DNA of 64,000 nt. It comes from Phoronis australis. Its lineage: Eukaryota; Animalia; Phoronida. Below, piece by piece: positions 10,089 to 56,923 of this stretch. The notes under the pieces were generated by a model, which worked only from the letters and a program-made list of their open reading frames with translations, was not told where the DNA came from and made no database searches. Position 1 is the stretch's first letter. The number at the start of each line of letters is the position of its first letter. The stretch is from the NCBI GenBank assembly GCA_002633005.1, contig NMRA01000021.1, positions 230,087 through 294,086 on the forward strand, given 5' to 3'. The position numbers and the translations under genes were made by a program.

Positions 10089-12394
10089 TTAATAAACTTG
10101 GTGTAAAGCAATATTAGGTTTTGGTTTCTTCTCTAGCTTAGAAACCAATTGTAATCTCATAAAGGAAAAAGGTAAGCCCAGTTAGTAATGTTATCCTAAG
10201 TGGCTTAAATCAAAAGTCGTTTTTGACAGAAGGTGCGGTTGTATTATGTAACATTTACATGGAGTATCTGTTGGCTTCTCAGGAAAAAACATCATCCTTG
10301 TCTTTGTGTTATTTGACTTCTTTATTTTATTGATTTATCAAAAACAAAAAATTGCCAGAGCTGTGGAGCAAGATGTGAGTTGAAGTTTCGAATATTATGT
10401 AATAAATACATTCTCTTATTTTACCACCTGTTTTATTTTGTAATTAATTGCTTATGGTAAAACTGATCTCGCCAATTTTGGACAAAAAATATTGCCAAAA
10501 TTGTCCTTAAGTTGTTACCAGTGCACAGAAATTTTCAAAATTTTGTATGATAGTAGGTATCATAAGAAACTTGTAAAGCATTGATTTTGTGTCATTATAT
10601 GTTGTATGAAACAATAAGAAAATAAAATTTCAGCTGCCAGTCATGTTGTGTTCCACACTGGTGAGATCTTAGGTAATAAACGTCATTCGAAACTGGTGGA
10701 CATGACGAGATTACTGTAAGGATTTTTTTGCTTTAGGGCATGGTATGGCTGATAACTTGTATATTGTCCCTTTATTGAATGAAATAATAAAAAATTAGAA
10801 ATTCATGGTGATAATTTGCGGTTCTCTTTGTTCTTTACAACTTAAAAGTTTGATTTATTTAAGCATTATAGAAGGCCAATGAAAAATGGCAAGTTTTAGC
10901 ATATGGTTTTGTTCGAATTGGAGGAATTTTCACGAAATCCAATTTTTTACTTCGTGTTTCGCGAGGATGTGGTTGTGCTAATGACGTTGCGATTTCCGCC
11001 TAATTAATCACATTGTCCAACGAAACTAATGTGGATGCAAGTTTTGAAACCCAGATCACGAACACCACAATGGATGGCATTAATCATTATTATATGCACT
11101 ATTAATCTTGTGCATTGTGATTATAATTTAATTAAATGAATCCCGCTAAGTGTGCGCTCTCTGGATATGAACTTGAGAGTATCCGAGTTTAGTTGCCATT
11201 TCTGACAATAGGTGTCGGAACGCTATTACCCACAAAAGTGACACAGCTTTAAACGTCGATATTGAAATTGGCTGCTATTAGTATCCGGGGTGATTGGAAT
11301 CGGGATTTCTGCAGCTGGTTTTCATGAATTACCGAACTTCACGGAAATGATAACGAGAAATGAAACTCTGGGAATAGGGGAGACGTCTGTTTAACATGGG
11401 TGTGTTTTTTTAGGGCCGCCAGAAACTTACTGTCAGTGATGGACAAAGTTTCCGACCAGGGGATTTGATTTGGAATTAACTGGAAAATATTGGAGGAGCG
11501 AGGTGAACAGTAATGGAGGGAGCTTGTGTCGTCAGTCGCGGCAACGAAACTTCAGGGTTACAGTGGCCATTCCGTAGAGTGGCACCAACTGTGCAGGGCG
11601 CCAGAGTTCTTGCAGGAAATTTTATTTCTTTAGCAACAGAACGGGACAAATTCTTCGTTGTCTGTCTCTCTTGACCCTATCTAAAACTGACAGTGAATGA
11701 GAAGTCTTGGTTTCTAATTCTCAACTCACCAAATCCAATATTGAATTTAAATGTTATTTTTCATTGCTCAATTTGGAAATTGAAAATTGAACACAATTTT
11801 TAAATTAAAATTGATAAAGCAGCTGATATATTGTCAATACATTCATATGTTATTTATTGAAAATTGACTTTTGTAGCTTAATCTCCTTGGTTCGAAGGAT
11901 ACAGCTTAAGTTTCGCGATAATAACTTAATTACAAATTCAATAGATTTCTTCAAATCATGCCGACAGTAATGACCATAAAGTGATTTTGACATTTGTATT
12001 TGGGCATACGTCTTACTTTTCGTAATAATTTCTATTGAAAATCACGACGAATGCACATATATTTATTGCCCATTACGAATGCACGATTTTGAGCTCGGAA
12101 TTTGTCAGTTGAGGGGTAGTGCAAAATCCCCGAAGACCCCATACACATCCGCCCTGCAATGAAGCTCTTTAAATCCAACACAACCACTTCGATTTTGTTC
12201 CGATAACTTGTTTTTCAGCATATCAGAATATAGCAGTAGACGTTTTATGGTCCTGGTTTAAATCGTACTCGGGTTGGTAGAATTTTTGCATTTTTCGAAT
12301 GAACATTTTCGTGACACGTTGCTTGTGTCCACGGGCTGTGTATGATTTTGGCAACGTATAACAATCGTCACGTATTAGTACAATTTCAATATTT

Positions 12395-12455
12395 CATTTT
12401 CAATATTTCAAGTCGCAGATGTCTACATTTTCAATATTTCAAGTCGCAGATGTCT
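12395..12455. repeat. 31-bp-period tandem duplication
   Basis: CATTTTCAATATTTCAAGTCGCAGATGTCT x2, preceded by a partial TTTCAATATTTCA copy. Confidence 0.85.
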
Positions 12456-12958
12456 TCGCACAGGTATATATGCTGACGATTTATTATGATTTTTAAACGC
12501 CCCAAATCGCTACGATTTTCAAATGCATCTAATTTTTAGAACATATCAGCTCTTGCCTATATACGTTTTCTAAAAAAAAAAATATACGGGTTGTAGGCAT
12601 ATTGCAGTGCGTATGGTTCCCATATTTCAATCATCAAAATTTCACTATGAAATATTAAAGGATAGCGGCAGTATGCTGAATTTACCTCTTTCATTAAAGT
12701 AATCATCACGTGAAAATGGGGGATGTCGCAATTAACGTCAAATGATCAAAAGGAGATTAACCTATTTTTTCAAATGTTTAAAAATTCTACCATTATAAAG
12801 TGAAATCGCCTCGTGCAAATTCCCCATTATAATGGGAACATAGGGGAACTTGTGAAAACTACCGCATTTAACTATTTCGACAGAACTAAGTCTCGACTTA
12901 CACGATGTCATACTAGTGAACTAAATGCAAACTCGATTTTCGCTTTCCTATTTGAACC

Positions 12959-13012
12959 CGTCAATAACGTGCCACGTCAATAACGTGCCACGCCAATAAC
13001 GTGCCACGTCAA
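12959..13012. repeat. 16-bp tandem repeat, ~3.4 copies
   Basis: CG(T/C)CAATAACGTGCCA x3 plus CGTCAA. Confidence 0.92.
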
Positions 13013-15899
13013 ATTACCCTTCTGCTAATTTGAAGTTTGGAATATTTCAAGAGCTTGTTGAAAAACCCGTCATCGAAATTCATTTGCGATTGAATTAAAC
13101 AAGACCGGCTTGGCCAAGGCTCTAGGCAGACGAATTTAGGCAGAAAAGTGTGTGTTAAAGGTTAGTTTTTTAAAAACTGATTTGAAAATTACGTGTTGCC
13201 GTCTTCCTTTTTGGTATCTGACATTTTCTTTTATTGCGAGGGTTGTTACACTGCATTTGCAAAATCGCATCCCTGATACGATTTTTCTGGCAACACGTTG
13301 TTTTTTAAACAAAAGCTTACATTCTAACAGGTTTTGTTTCAAATAACGAAATGTGTTTCAAATCAAATTTACTGAAATTGAAAAATACATTAGAAGCTAT
13401 GGCTTACATGAGCAATGATTCTTATTGAAATTCCAATTCGTTGTTAGTGCGTAAATGTGCCAAAATTAAATTTCGCACCTTTACTATAAGTTGAAAATAT
13501 TGTATAAGAAATTTATGCTTAAATTCAGTTTTTTAAAGCTGAAATTACGCACTTCGACATTGACAGAATCAGTTGTCTCAAAGATATTTTAGTGTCAAAG
13601 AAATGTCGGAAAACAATTTTGTACCAGAGAACGCAGCGACACCGTTTTTTGGTGTCTGTTAACGCCTAAATGTGCATCGAAGACATAACATTTTAGCGCA
13701 AACTTTTGCCTTTTGTTGATTCAGATTTGACTTAGTGTTTCTGTGGAGTGTTGAGCGGGTCATGGCCCTAATTCAGACAAAGTTATCAATTTTTTTGAAA
13801 TGTTCCCTCTATTGCGTTAAAAAATATACAAATTGTCTTGGGACGTTTCTCACCTGGCATCGTACGCTCTATTAGCTGAAAAATGCTACAAAAATGTTTA
13901 GTTTTAACCTCAATAGTCACTTCAAATAAATACAGTTTGGAATGACTCAGGAACGCGAGTTGAATTTTATTTCTGTAACGAATTACTTATTAATAATTAC
14001 CGTACTCGCATGCGCAGCCTCTGATATGTTGTCTATTGGTTGAAGTTTCAAAATTGTCGTCCTAAAACTAATCGGTCAAACGCAGATAAATGTGAAATTA
14101 CTTCTCATCAAACAGTATACATTGAGATAAAAAGTCCTCTTTGAAGTAGATTTAAATTTTTGTAGTCGTATCTAAGGTCATCACAAAGAACATTATAGGC
14201 GTCCAAATGAAAATGCGCTTCTCAATATTCGAAGCAACGTTGGATTCGGCGATGAAACTATAAACAAACTTTGCTTGACAACCGGAGAGCCGCGAGGATG
14301 GGAAATCGGTGACGACCGAGCGCAGTCTACCAATTTTGAACCTTTCCTTTGAATTGAGCGAGGGCTACCTGAAAGCAACACAAGTCAGACATGTATTTTA
14401 TTATCTGAATAGTGTCATTTTCTAAAACTCAGAGGAACTTCGATAAATCAAACGCGCTACGATGCTAAGTTATCGGTCTTTTAAAAATTTCCAAGTTATA
14501 ATTTTAGCCAAATCCCGAGGTTTAAAAAGCATTGAGAAGGATTTCCTCTGGTATTTTTTAAAATTGAATTCATTTCCAGATAGAGATAGATAGTACAATG
14601 ATTTTACTGTAACTATTTGAATTGCTTTTTATTAACATTTGGTTGTCTTGCAAATATGTATGAAATTACGAAGATATTCAATTAACAAACACTAAATTTT
14701 CAGAAAAAAGCCAAATCCGAAATGACTCGAACAACGTTTCGCCTTACTAGTCTTATTCACGCAACTGAATTTCAATTTTTTTAATTCGATGGGCAAATTT
14801 TTAATCACAACTTTTCTGGAAAGTCGCTGAAATGTGCTTAATTTGGTTTAAACACTAACTGCGAAAAATGCTTGATTTCCAAACCTAACACACGCCGTAA
14901 ATTCAGCGCAGACACGCCGGTTTTCCGTCCATTTTAAATATTTACAAATTTTTCTTCACTCTTCGCACAAATTGAGTCCCTTGCTTGATTTATGTCTGCG
15001 TTCCGGCCCGTAATGACAGACAACTTTTAATGTGCGTCCGAGAATGCGCCGTTCAACGACAGTTGCTTATCTGTTGAAACGGTGTTGCATAATTTTTAGC
15101 ACACCACGGTCATTTGACCGAATTTCCTGACCGGCCAACGGAAAAGGTAACAATGTGACGGTCTGCGTGAGCTAACGGAGTAATCCAAGCGTGTACCCGG
15201 CATAACTTCGGGATGTCATCAAATTTACTTTCGAGCCCGTTGGTTTCTGTGTCTTACACAGCGCGCAGGGTGCGACTGGACGCTACACGATATTTATCCC
15301 AGCCAAGTCGCTTGAACTTTACTCCATGTGGTTGTATGTTTAGCGTCATCATTCTGAGCATATAATTCTACACGAAAATTTCGTACAATGTTCAAAGTCG
15401 CTGACTTGATTTCGATGGATCGTTCATATTTGCTTATGTAATTGCGGTCGGATGAGCCAAAAATCTTGTTTCTGATGTTTTCTTTTTTCTTCCGGGGGCG
15501 TAGTGTGAAAACCTCCGATGAATGAAATCGGAGGCGTGGTCATAGTAGCAGACGAGTCTAATATTGACGGGGCTAAAAACAAGAGAGAAAGATTTACGAC
15601 TGTAATCCAAAATTAATAAATGCTGTTGTAAATGTCATTTGAGTAATTTACTTTAGTTCGTGTGTGAAACAGAGCCTCACGACTATTTAAAGAATACGGA
15701 AAAGGGAACATAGCTATTTTGGTAACTAATTATGGCTTAGTCTGAGATCGTCTGCTGATGAGAGAGAGTTCGTGCCATTAAATAGTCTCTGAAATTTCCA
15801 AACTCACATTGTTTGACATCAATATGTTTTATCTATACCGTAGTGAGCAGATTATTTGATATACTTTTAAACATCCATGTTGACATTTCGAGCTATTAA

Positions 15900-16180
15900 T
15901 GGTACGATCCGCGACAGGGCTTCCCCAGTTTGTGACAGCTCATTTGTTAGACACTGCTATAGTAACCACGTTTGATTGACGTGTGGGCAAGGGAATCTGC
16001 ACTGTGGAGCGTAGGCTAGTCGTTTCGCTCGGCTAGAAACGTTGACAGTTCTGAGCCCGGAGATAAGTTGACTGCTAGGTGTCCGCATCGGTTAGAACAG
16101 GGAAAGATTGCGTCGTTCATTTTACCCGACCCAAGTCCGATCAACCGTTAGCGTGGTCTTGCAGCTGTCACGTCATTGGC
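15900..16180 (+). promoter_or_regulatory. Meis proximal promoter/5'UTR with clustered TALE-class motifs
   Basis: CpG-rich region directly upstream of the ATG. TGACAG at 15933 and 16043, CTGTCA at 16165, TGATTGAC at 15973. The TSS cannot be determined from sequence. Confidence 0.5.
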
Positions 16181-16192
16181 ATGGCGCAACGG
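16181..16192 (+). CDS. Meis: Meis/homothorax coding exon 1 (MAQR)
   Basis: ggcATGGCGCAACGG|gttggt. A 12-nt first coding exon encoding MAQR is characteristic of Meis genes, and phase 0 joins exon 2. Confidence 0.9.
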
Positions 16193-16298
16193 GTTGGTTT
16201 AGACGGAATATTTACGACTTTGACTTAGCGCCTGGATAGTCATTAAGGGAATTTATAGTTTTATAATCACTACATGTCCCCTTTTGTTGTTATTTCAG

Positions 16299-16555
16299 TT
16301 TGAAGCTGAGCTTGGCCACTATAACAGCATGGACGGCCAGTCGGAGAGTATGTACAGCTCTGGCCACCACCGGGCACCATCTAGCTCAACCAGCCAAGGA
16401 ATTTCACCCTACACAACAAGCCTGAACCACGGTCATGGACCGTCCTATCAGTTCCCGGCATATTCGACAGGAGGGAGCAGTTGTATGTCGTCTGTCATAA
16501 ACTCTGGTCCGCAAACGGATGGCCAGCTGAAAAGAGACAAGGATTCAATATACAG
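16299..16555 (+). CDS. Meis: Meis exon 2
   Basis: tatttcag|16299 ... 16555|gtacgt. Translates FEAELGHYNSMDG...DGQLKRDKDSIY(S); LKRDKDxIY is a Meis hallmark. Confidence 0.95.
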
Positions 16556-16927
16556 GTACGTTGTTGTCATCGGGTGCACGGGAGCGCGCGGCTCGCTTAC
16601 CAGCTCAGCGGGATCGTCTGTACATCGCAGCACGCGCTCAACATGAGACAAGAAACCCACGAGTTGACGTGACCCCGTAAAGCGTTAAACACGATTTAAA
16701 TGCCGTATGACACACTCGTAATGGATGAGAGTTTTTGTGTCAAAGCCCAGCTATCCATTTGCTTGTCGACATAGATGCAGACATTTATTTTAACTCCTAG
16801 ACAAATATGCTCATCAGGAGATATTGTGGCTTTATAAGATCACCTAAGTTGTACCTAGAGATAACCAGATAACAACAAACTTATCTCAGAAACATGGCCG
16901 ACCCGTGAGATAATTATAATCCCATGA

Positions 16928-17116
<189 letters not shown>

Positions 17117-17701
17117 TAGTTGGAGATGGGTCATTGCCTGTTTCACTGCTGGCGATTTGTAAACAAGAATAACTTTCAGTGGAAGTCTGGTGGTTGATGA
17201 ACATTGACAAGAAAGAACAATTTCTTAAGTAACACTGTGAAAAAGAAGGCCACATTTCATTCCACTCAGTGAGCAAAAATAAAATTCCATTAACTGATAT
17301 TTTAAAATTTTGACGTGGTCAAGTTTCATAAGCTTGAAAACTGTATTAGTTTTTGGATCCTTTTTCTAATTCTTTTTAAGCTCTAGTACAATGTATTTTA
17401 CAAGGGGATAATTTAGGCTTTTCAAATTAATTTACTTATTGAACCAAGATTATTAATTTTTTAGTTACCAGTTACTGCATATCAAATTCAGTCCTTCGCA
17501 AAAATTAGAAGTTTTGAGATGTATATCATTTTTGTGCCCAATGGTATCCTGAAAATTTTATTTTAAATGTCACAGGCATATCACTAGGTTGCATGGTGTT
17601 GGTTTCATATGATAACAGCTAATATACATTTCAATGATGTGTTGTCCCCAAAGAGTCAACAAAACCCAACCACAGGTATTTTGGGTCTTTCTTTTCCACA
17701 G

Positions 17702-17752
17702 GCCAGGGCTGAAAAACCCTTCTTCTCAGCGAACCACGAATTGGACAGTCTG
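17702..17752 (+). CDS. Meis: Meis exon 4
   Basis: ttccacag|17702 ... 17752|gtaaga, 51 nt. Translates ARAEKPFFSANHELDSL (cf. vertebrate IRAEKPLFSSNPELDNL). Confidence 0.95.
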
Positions 17753-18367
17753 GTAAGACTTTCTGACTTCGTCTATTTTTAAACCAAACAGGGAGTAAAA
17801 TTTCACTATTCTTCCAGAATAAGTACCCTGTGTTGTGGCCAGCCATATTATGTAATATAACAGCATAGGTCCCATTGTGATTCTATGATTTTGTTTAGGT
17901 TTGATTAGGGGAGTCAGTGAATTGAAAAATCAAAAGTTCTATGGCTGAGAAATAGTGCTCTTGACTTCAGTTGGCAATTATGTTAGTTTTTCTGAATTCT
18001 ATTGGTTTCTGTCAGGCCATTTTTGTCATCAGAGAAAATTAGACTAATGTGCCATAATGTCAGTTCTGGTTGTAATGAGCGAAAACGACGAGAACTGCAA
18101 ATTGAAAATGTAATGTATCCAGGCTAATGTTTTCATGCTACTTCCGTAAATGTTTCGTGTCTAATGGTGGAGGCTCTCTGAAGTCTAAAGACTTAATTTG
18201 TCAATTAGGGATTAAAAATGCGAAAGCAATAAAACACTAGATTTTCACAAAATGCTGTGAGCATAGGTTTAGAGGTAATTGCGTAAATTGTTTTTCTAGA
18301 GAACTTTTAAAAAGATTTTTACCAATTAAGGAAAGATAAGAGTGTCCTATATTTAACTTTCCTACTG

Positions 18368-18409
18368 CAGGTAAATCTAAAGAGACTACAGGTAAATCTA
18401 AAGAGACTA
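18368..18409. repeat. 21-bp tandem duplication in Meis intron 4
   Basis: CAGGTAAATCTAAAGAGACTA x2, exact. Confidence 0.92.
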
Positions 18410-19371
18410 ATATGTTAAATGATTGTCCAATAAAGATTTAAAATTTTCAACATGTATTTTTATGCGGTGTTTTTGATTTATAAAATTAAAAAAACACAAG
18501 TTTGTTACGCCAATCATTTATGTTCTCAAATATTCTGTTGAAATAGATTATTGTTACAAGTTTAGAGTTTTCTGGTAGTTATGATTTACTCCCATGGTAA
18601 TCAAATGTCTTGTTTATTGAGAATTTGCTAAAAAATAGAAACTTATTCAAATTCATCAATTCTCTTGTGGTGTTACGTAAGCTATGGTGAATAGTTATAT
18701 CTTGAAAAGTACAAGAAAAAGGAAGGTTGCTAATTTTGAGTTATTGGAAATAAAAAATGAATGTAGTAAGAAATTTAAAATTGGGAACATTCTTACAGAT
18801 CACAAGTCTTTATAAGCCTTGCTGCAATTTCTCTGGAAATCAAATTGCTACTCCTCATAACTATCGTAATTACATCTGAGTATTATTGTTTTTTCTAATG
18901 AATAAGTCATAAAGTATATTGTCTGCGATTAAATTGTAGTTTTATCGACTTTTTACTGAGGAATCGTGTTCTGTGTTCTTTGTTATTAGATTATAACGCC
19001 ATACAATATGTAGTTAGATTTTTCAGCGTGCTAAATGCACAATATCAGCCTCGCACAATTCTCACTGGCTTCATTTTCGATGAAGCCGATTATCCTGAAA
19101 ACACTTTCAGTTTGGCAACGTGTATTCTAAAGCCTTCCCTGGGGAGGCAAATGCTTTTCAGATTTCTCTCTTTTACGCCTTACGGAAAATGTTCTGCTTC
19201 TAAGTGAATTGCTGGACTTACAAGTTTTATACCAGGCTTTTATCTCTAATAGACGTGTCAATGTTAATTTTCTCTTTTCCTCGTAAGATTTGTGACTTAT
19301 AAATCAGAATTAGATTTGACAGGTTCATGTCCAGTATTTATAAGTACTTAATGAAATTTGTCCTCTTTCAG

Positions 19372-19422
19372 ATGATCCAAGCAATACAAGTTTTAAGATT
19401 TCATTTACTAGAGTTAGAAAAG
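19372..19422 (+). CDS. Meis: Meis exon 5 (HM domain box B)
   Basis: ctctttcag|19372 ... 19422|gtaagc, 51 nt. Translates MIQAIQVLRFHLLELEK. Confidence 0.98.
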
Positions 19423-21629
19423 GTAAGCCTTGTGTTCTTGTTGCAGCACATTCGAAATCAAAGTAAGAAATTTACTTTTATAAGTAATCGAGAAACATGA
19501 AAGGATGTGGAATTTAAAAACTGAGGTTTTCTTGACCCGTAAATTACGAGATCAACTGATCTCACCTACTGTGGTAATAATGTCAGTTTCAAAATTAATG
19601 ATGTTTTCAAACATAACCGGAGATTTATAGCCTCGGCTTTGTTTTACAGAGAACGTTATTAAAGGAGGTTATAGCTGTACTCAGGTCAACCATTAGAAAT
19701 GGAGTACGTACTCGCTGAAAGAACCGACCTCGAAATTCAATATACCCTCTGTTTGCATTTTAGTGATCATGCATTCAAAATCGAGATTCAAAACAAGTTT
19801 GGTAACAGAATTCAATGCAAGTCAAATATTTGACTAAGTTTTACAAAACATTGCTGCGGACACGACCTTGATAAAACTTCCCACAGACGGTTGATAAAAT
19901 TCAGTTGTATTTATAACAAGCACGCGTCCACCATCATTATCCAGCCTTTCAAAAGCTTTGTGTCGCTAAATTGTTTCCCATTGTGTTTTATTCAAATCCT
20001 TCAATGGTTGGTCGAGAAAATTACCCCTGTCTATAATGACACATTTTTTGCTTGGTGTCTGTTTTTAAGAAGCCTATTATCTGTGTTTAACTTGTCTGCT
20101 AACTCGTGTGTGGTAAACAAAAAGGTCACCATGCAACTCCTTACGCTACCCCAATGATTCTAAAATTTCCTTCAAAATTAACTTTCCTCGCTGTATTTGT
20201 TCTCGCTGTATTTGTTCTCGTTGGTTGAGACGGAGTATCAGTTTCAGGTCATGAATTATAATGGTGGGCCTTGTGCTTTGCTTGTGCTGCTAAGTGCCTT
20301 GGGAAGTTGTTTCTTCAGTTTTGAGTGTCGTTGGATTCTTAACAACTTCCTGTTAGACACTTGTGAGCCGTGCAATGCGAGATGATGATTAATTCGCCTA
20401 CTGTTTTGCTCAATCGAATACTTTGTATTGCTCACCGATCGGGCAATTAAACAGCAGAGATTTGTATGAACGTCATAAATGACGGCCATTTATCAAGTCA
20501 AAACATGGCAGACAGTGGCATAGATCCTTAAAAAAATGATGGAACGCTCTTGTCATAATTTGTCAGTTACTTGTGTTAAGGCAATACCGACATTATCAGA
20601 GATTGTCCATTCTTATTATTTTGTCATTTCCATTGCCCTCCGAGACTACTTACTAGAACGCACAGTCTACTGCTGAAAAATTGATCTTACTCTCGCTGGC
20701 AGGTTTATTTTTGCTGAGAGAAAACATGTAGAAACAGAGAGTTGATTGAGGCAGATGGCGCCCAGGAGAGACAATCACGATAGTGACTCTATATTAAATT
20801 GCCTAATTTTCTTTTGAAAATGTTTATTCTGTGGTTGCCATTGTTATGTTTCTGATGGTATCCATACCAATTGTGATTGGTCTATTGCTGTTAATGGGTT
20901 TCACTGTAATAAAATAGGCAACCATTGTTTTGGCGCTTACTAGGTTTGTTACACAAAAATAAATTTGTAATTCTATACTGGTAGGTGAGACATTATGAGC
21001 AAATGTTGATTAGTCAGGGGATATCAGTATCCTGTAACCTTATGAAGCTGTAAATTTTAGAACATAAGATCTAAAAATGGGATTTTTTTCAAGTTCTCAC
21101 TAATTTTTTTGAAACTCTAAGCAAAAGATGTATGAAAATATAAGAGCTGAAATTTATAAAATGTTATAAATTTTGGACAAAAGTTATTGCCAAAACTCAC
21201 TTTTTTCATTTTTCAAATGCTTCTAACATGAATACCCAAAACTGTGTGCAATGGTAGCCATGGTTCAAAACTAAACATAGAAAAGCATTCAATTTTGTTG
21301 CTATATGTCTTTCATGCTAAAATGATAAAAGTAAGATTTCACTTGTCGGCCGTATCGGGTTCTAAATTGGCGAGATTTTACCCTAAGAAATGCAGATTGA
21401 CATTCATTCAAGAGTTGTCGAGTTATAGACTTGTAGGCATTAACGTATCTCATGAATGAAGTTGAATATTGAGTGTATACAACGCGTGGCAGATAGAATG
21501 AAGGTTTTTGCCAGTTGCAATAACAAGCCATTTAGAGTCAGAGAGTATGCAGTAACAGAGGATAGGTCTCTACAAAAGCTTTAGATTTTTTAGACTTTGG
21601 TGTTCAGTCTATGTGGACATGAAACCTTT

Positions 21630-21731
21630 TTATTTGGATGAACAGTACATTCTGCTTCTGCGCTAATGTTCATGGCAGCCTGGTTATTTGGATGAACAGT
21701 ACATTCTGCTTCTGAGCTAATGTTCATGGCA
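21630..21731. repeat. 54-bp-period tandem duplication in Meis intron 5
   Basis: TTATTTGGATGAACAGTACATTCTGCTTCTG(C/A)GCTAATGTTCATGGCA at 21630 and 21684. Confidence 0.92.
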
Positions 21732-21925
21732 ATTTTGGTGCTTTAATAAAATCCAAAATGTGCGAGTTTAACAGATTTCATGCAATTATTACTTTTTTCG
21801 AAGAGGTTAATGCCAACTTTGTTTAAGCCTGCAAAATTCAGAAGAGGTAAGTAATACGCAATGTGATTTCTGGCTGTTTGTGGATAGAGTTATGAATCAT
21901 TTTTCAGTGTACTCTTCTTTTCTAG

Positions 21926-56781
<34,856 letters not shown>

Positions 56782-56923
56782 AGATCACCAGGGTTAAGTA
56801 GTATCCCGTTCAGTGCCCCCCAGGAGGATAGTCAGTCTACACGGTCGGGCGACACCCCCGGTCCAAACGGACCAAACAGCCAACAAACATCACAGAGTAT
56901 TGGTGACAATTTGAGTGAAGCAG
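56782..56923 (+). CDS. Meis: Meis exon 7 (linker between HM domain and homeodomain); the gene continues beyond the window
   Basis: gttgtttcag|56782 ... 56923|gtaagc. Translates RSPGLSSIPFSAPQEDSQSTRSGDTPGPNGPNSQQTSQSIGDNLSEA(G), cf. vertebrate [31 protein letters not shown]; ends in phase 1. Confidence 0.9.

Noticed and set aside
9163-10220. CCTAAGTGGC(C/T)TAAA direct repeat on both sides of the fold-back element
   Set aside because: Not adjacent to the termini, so not a TSD; likely an older local duplication.
21630-21731. miRNA-like hairpin in the 54-bp duplication (ATGAACA...TGTTCAT)
   Set aside because: The stem is only ~7 bp, far shorter than a pre-miRNA.
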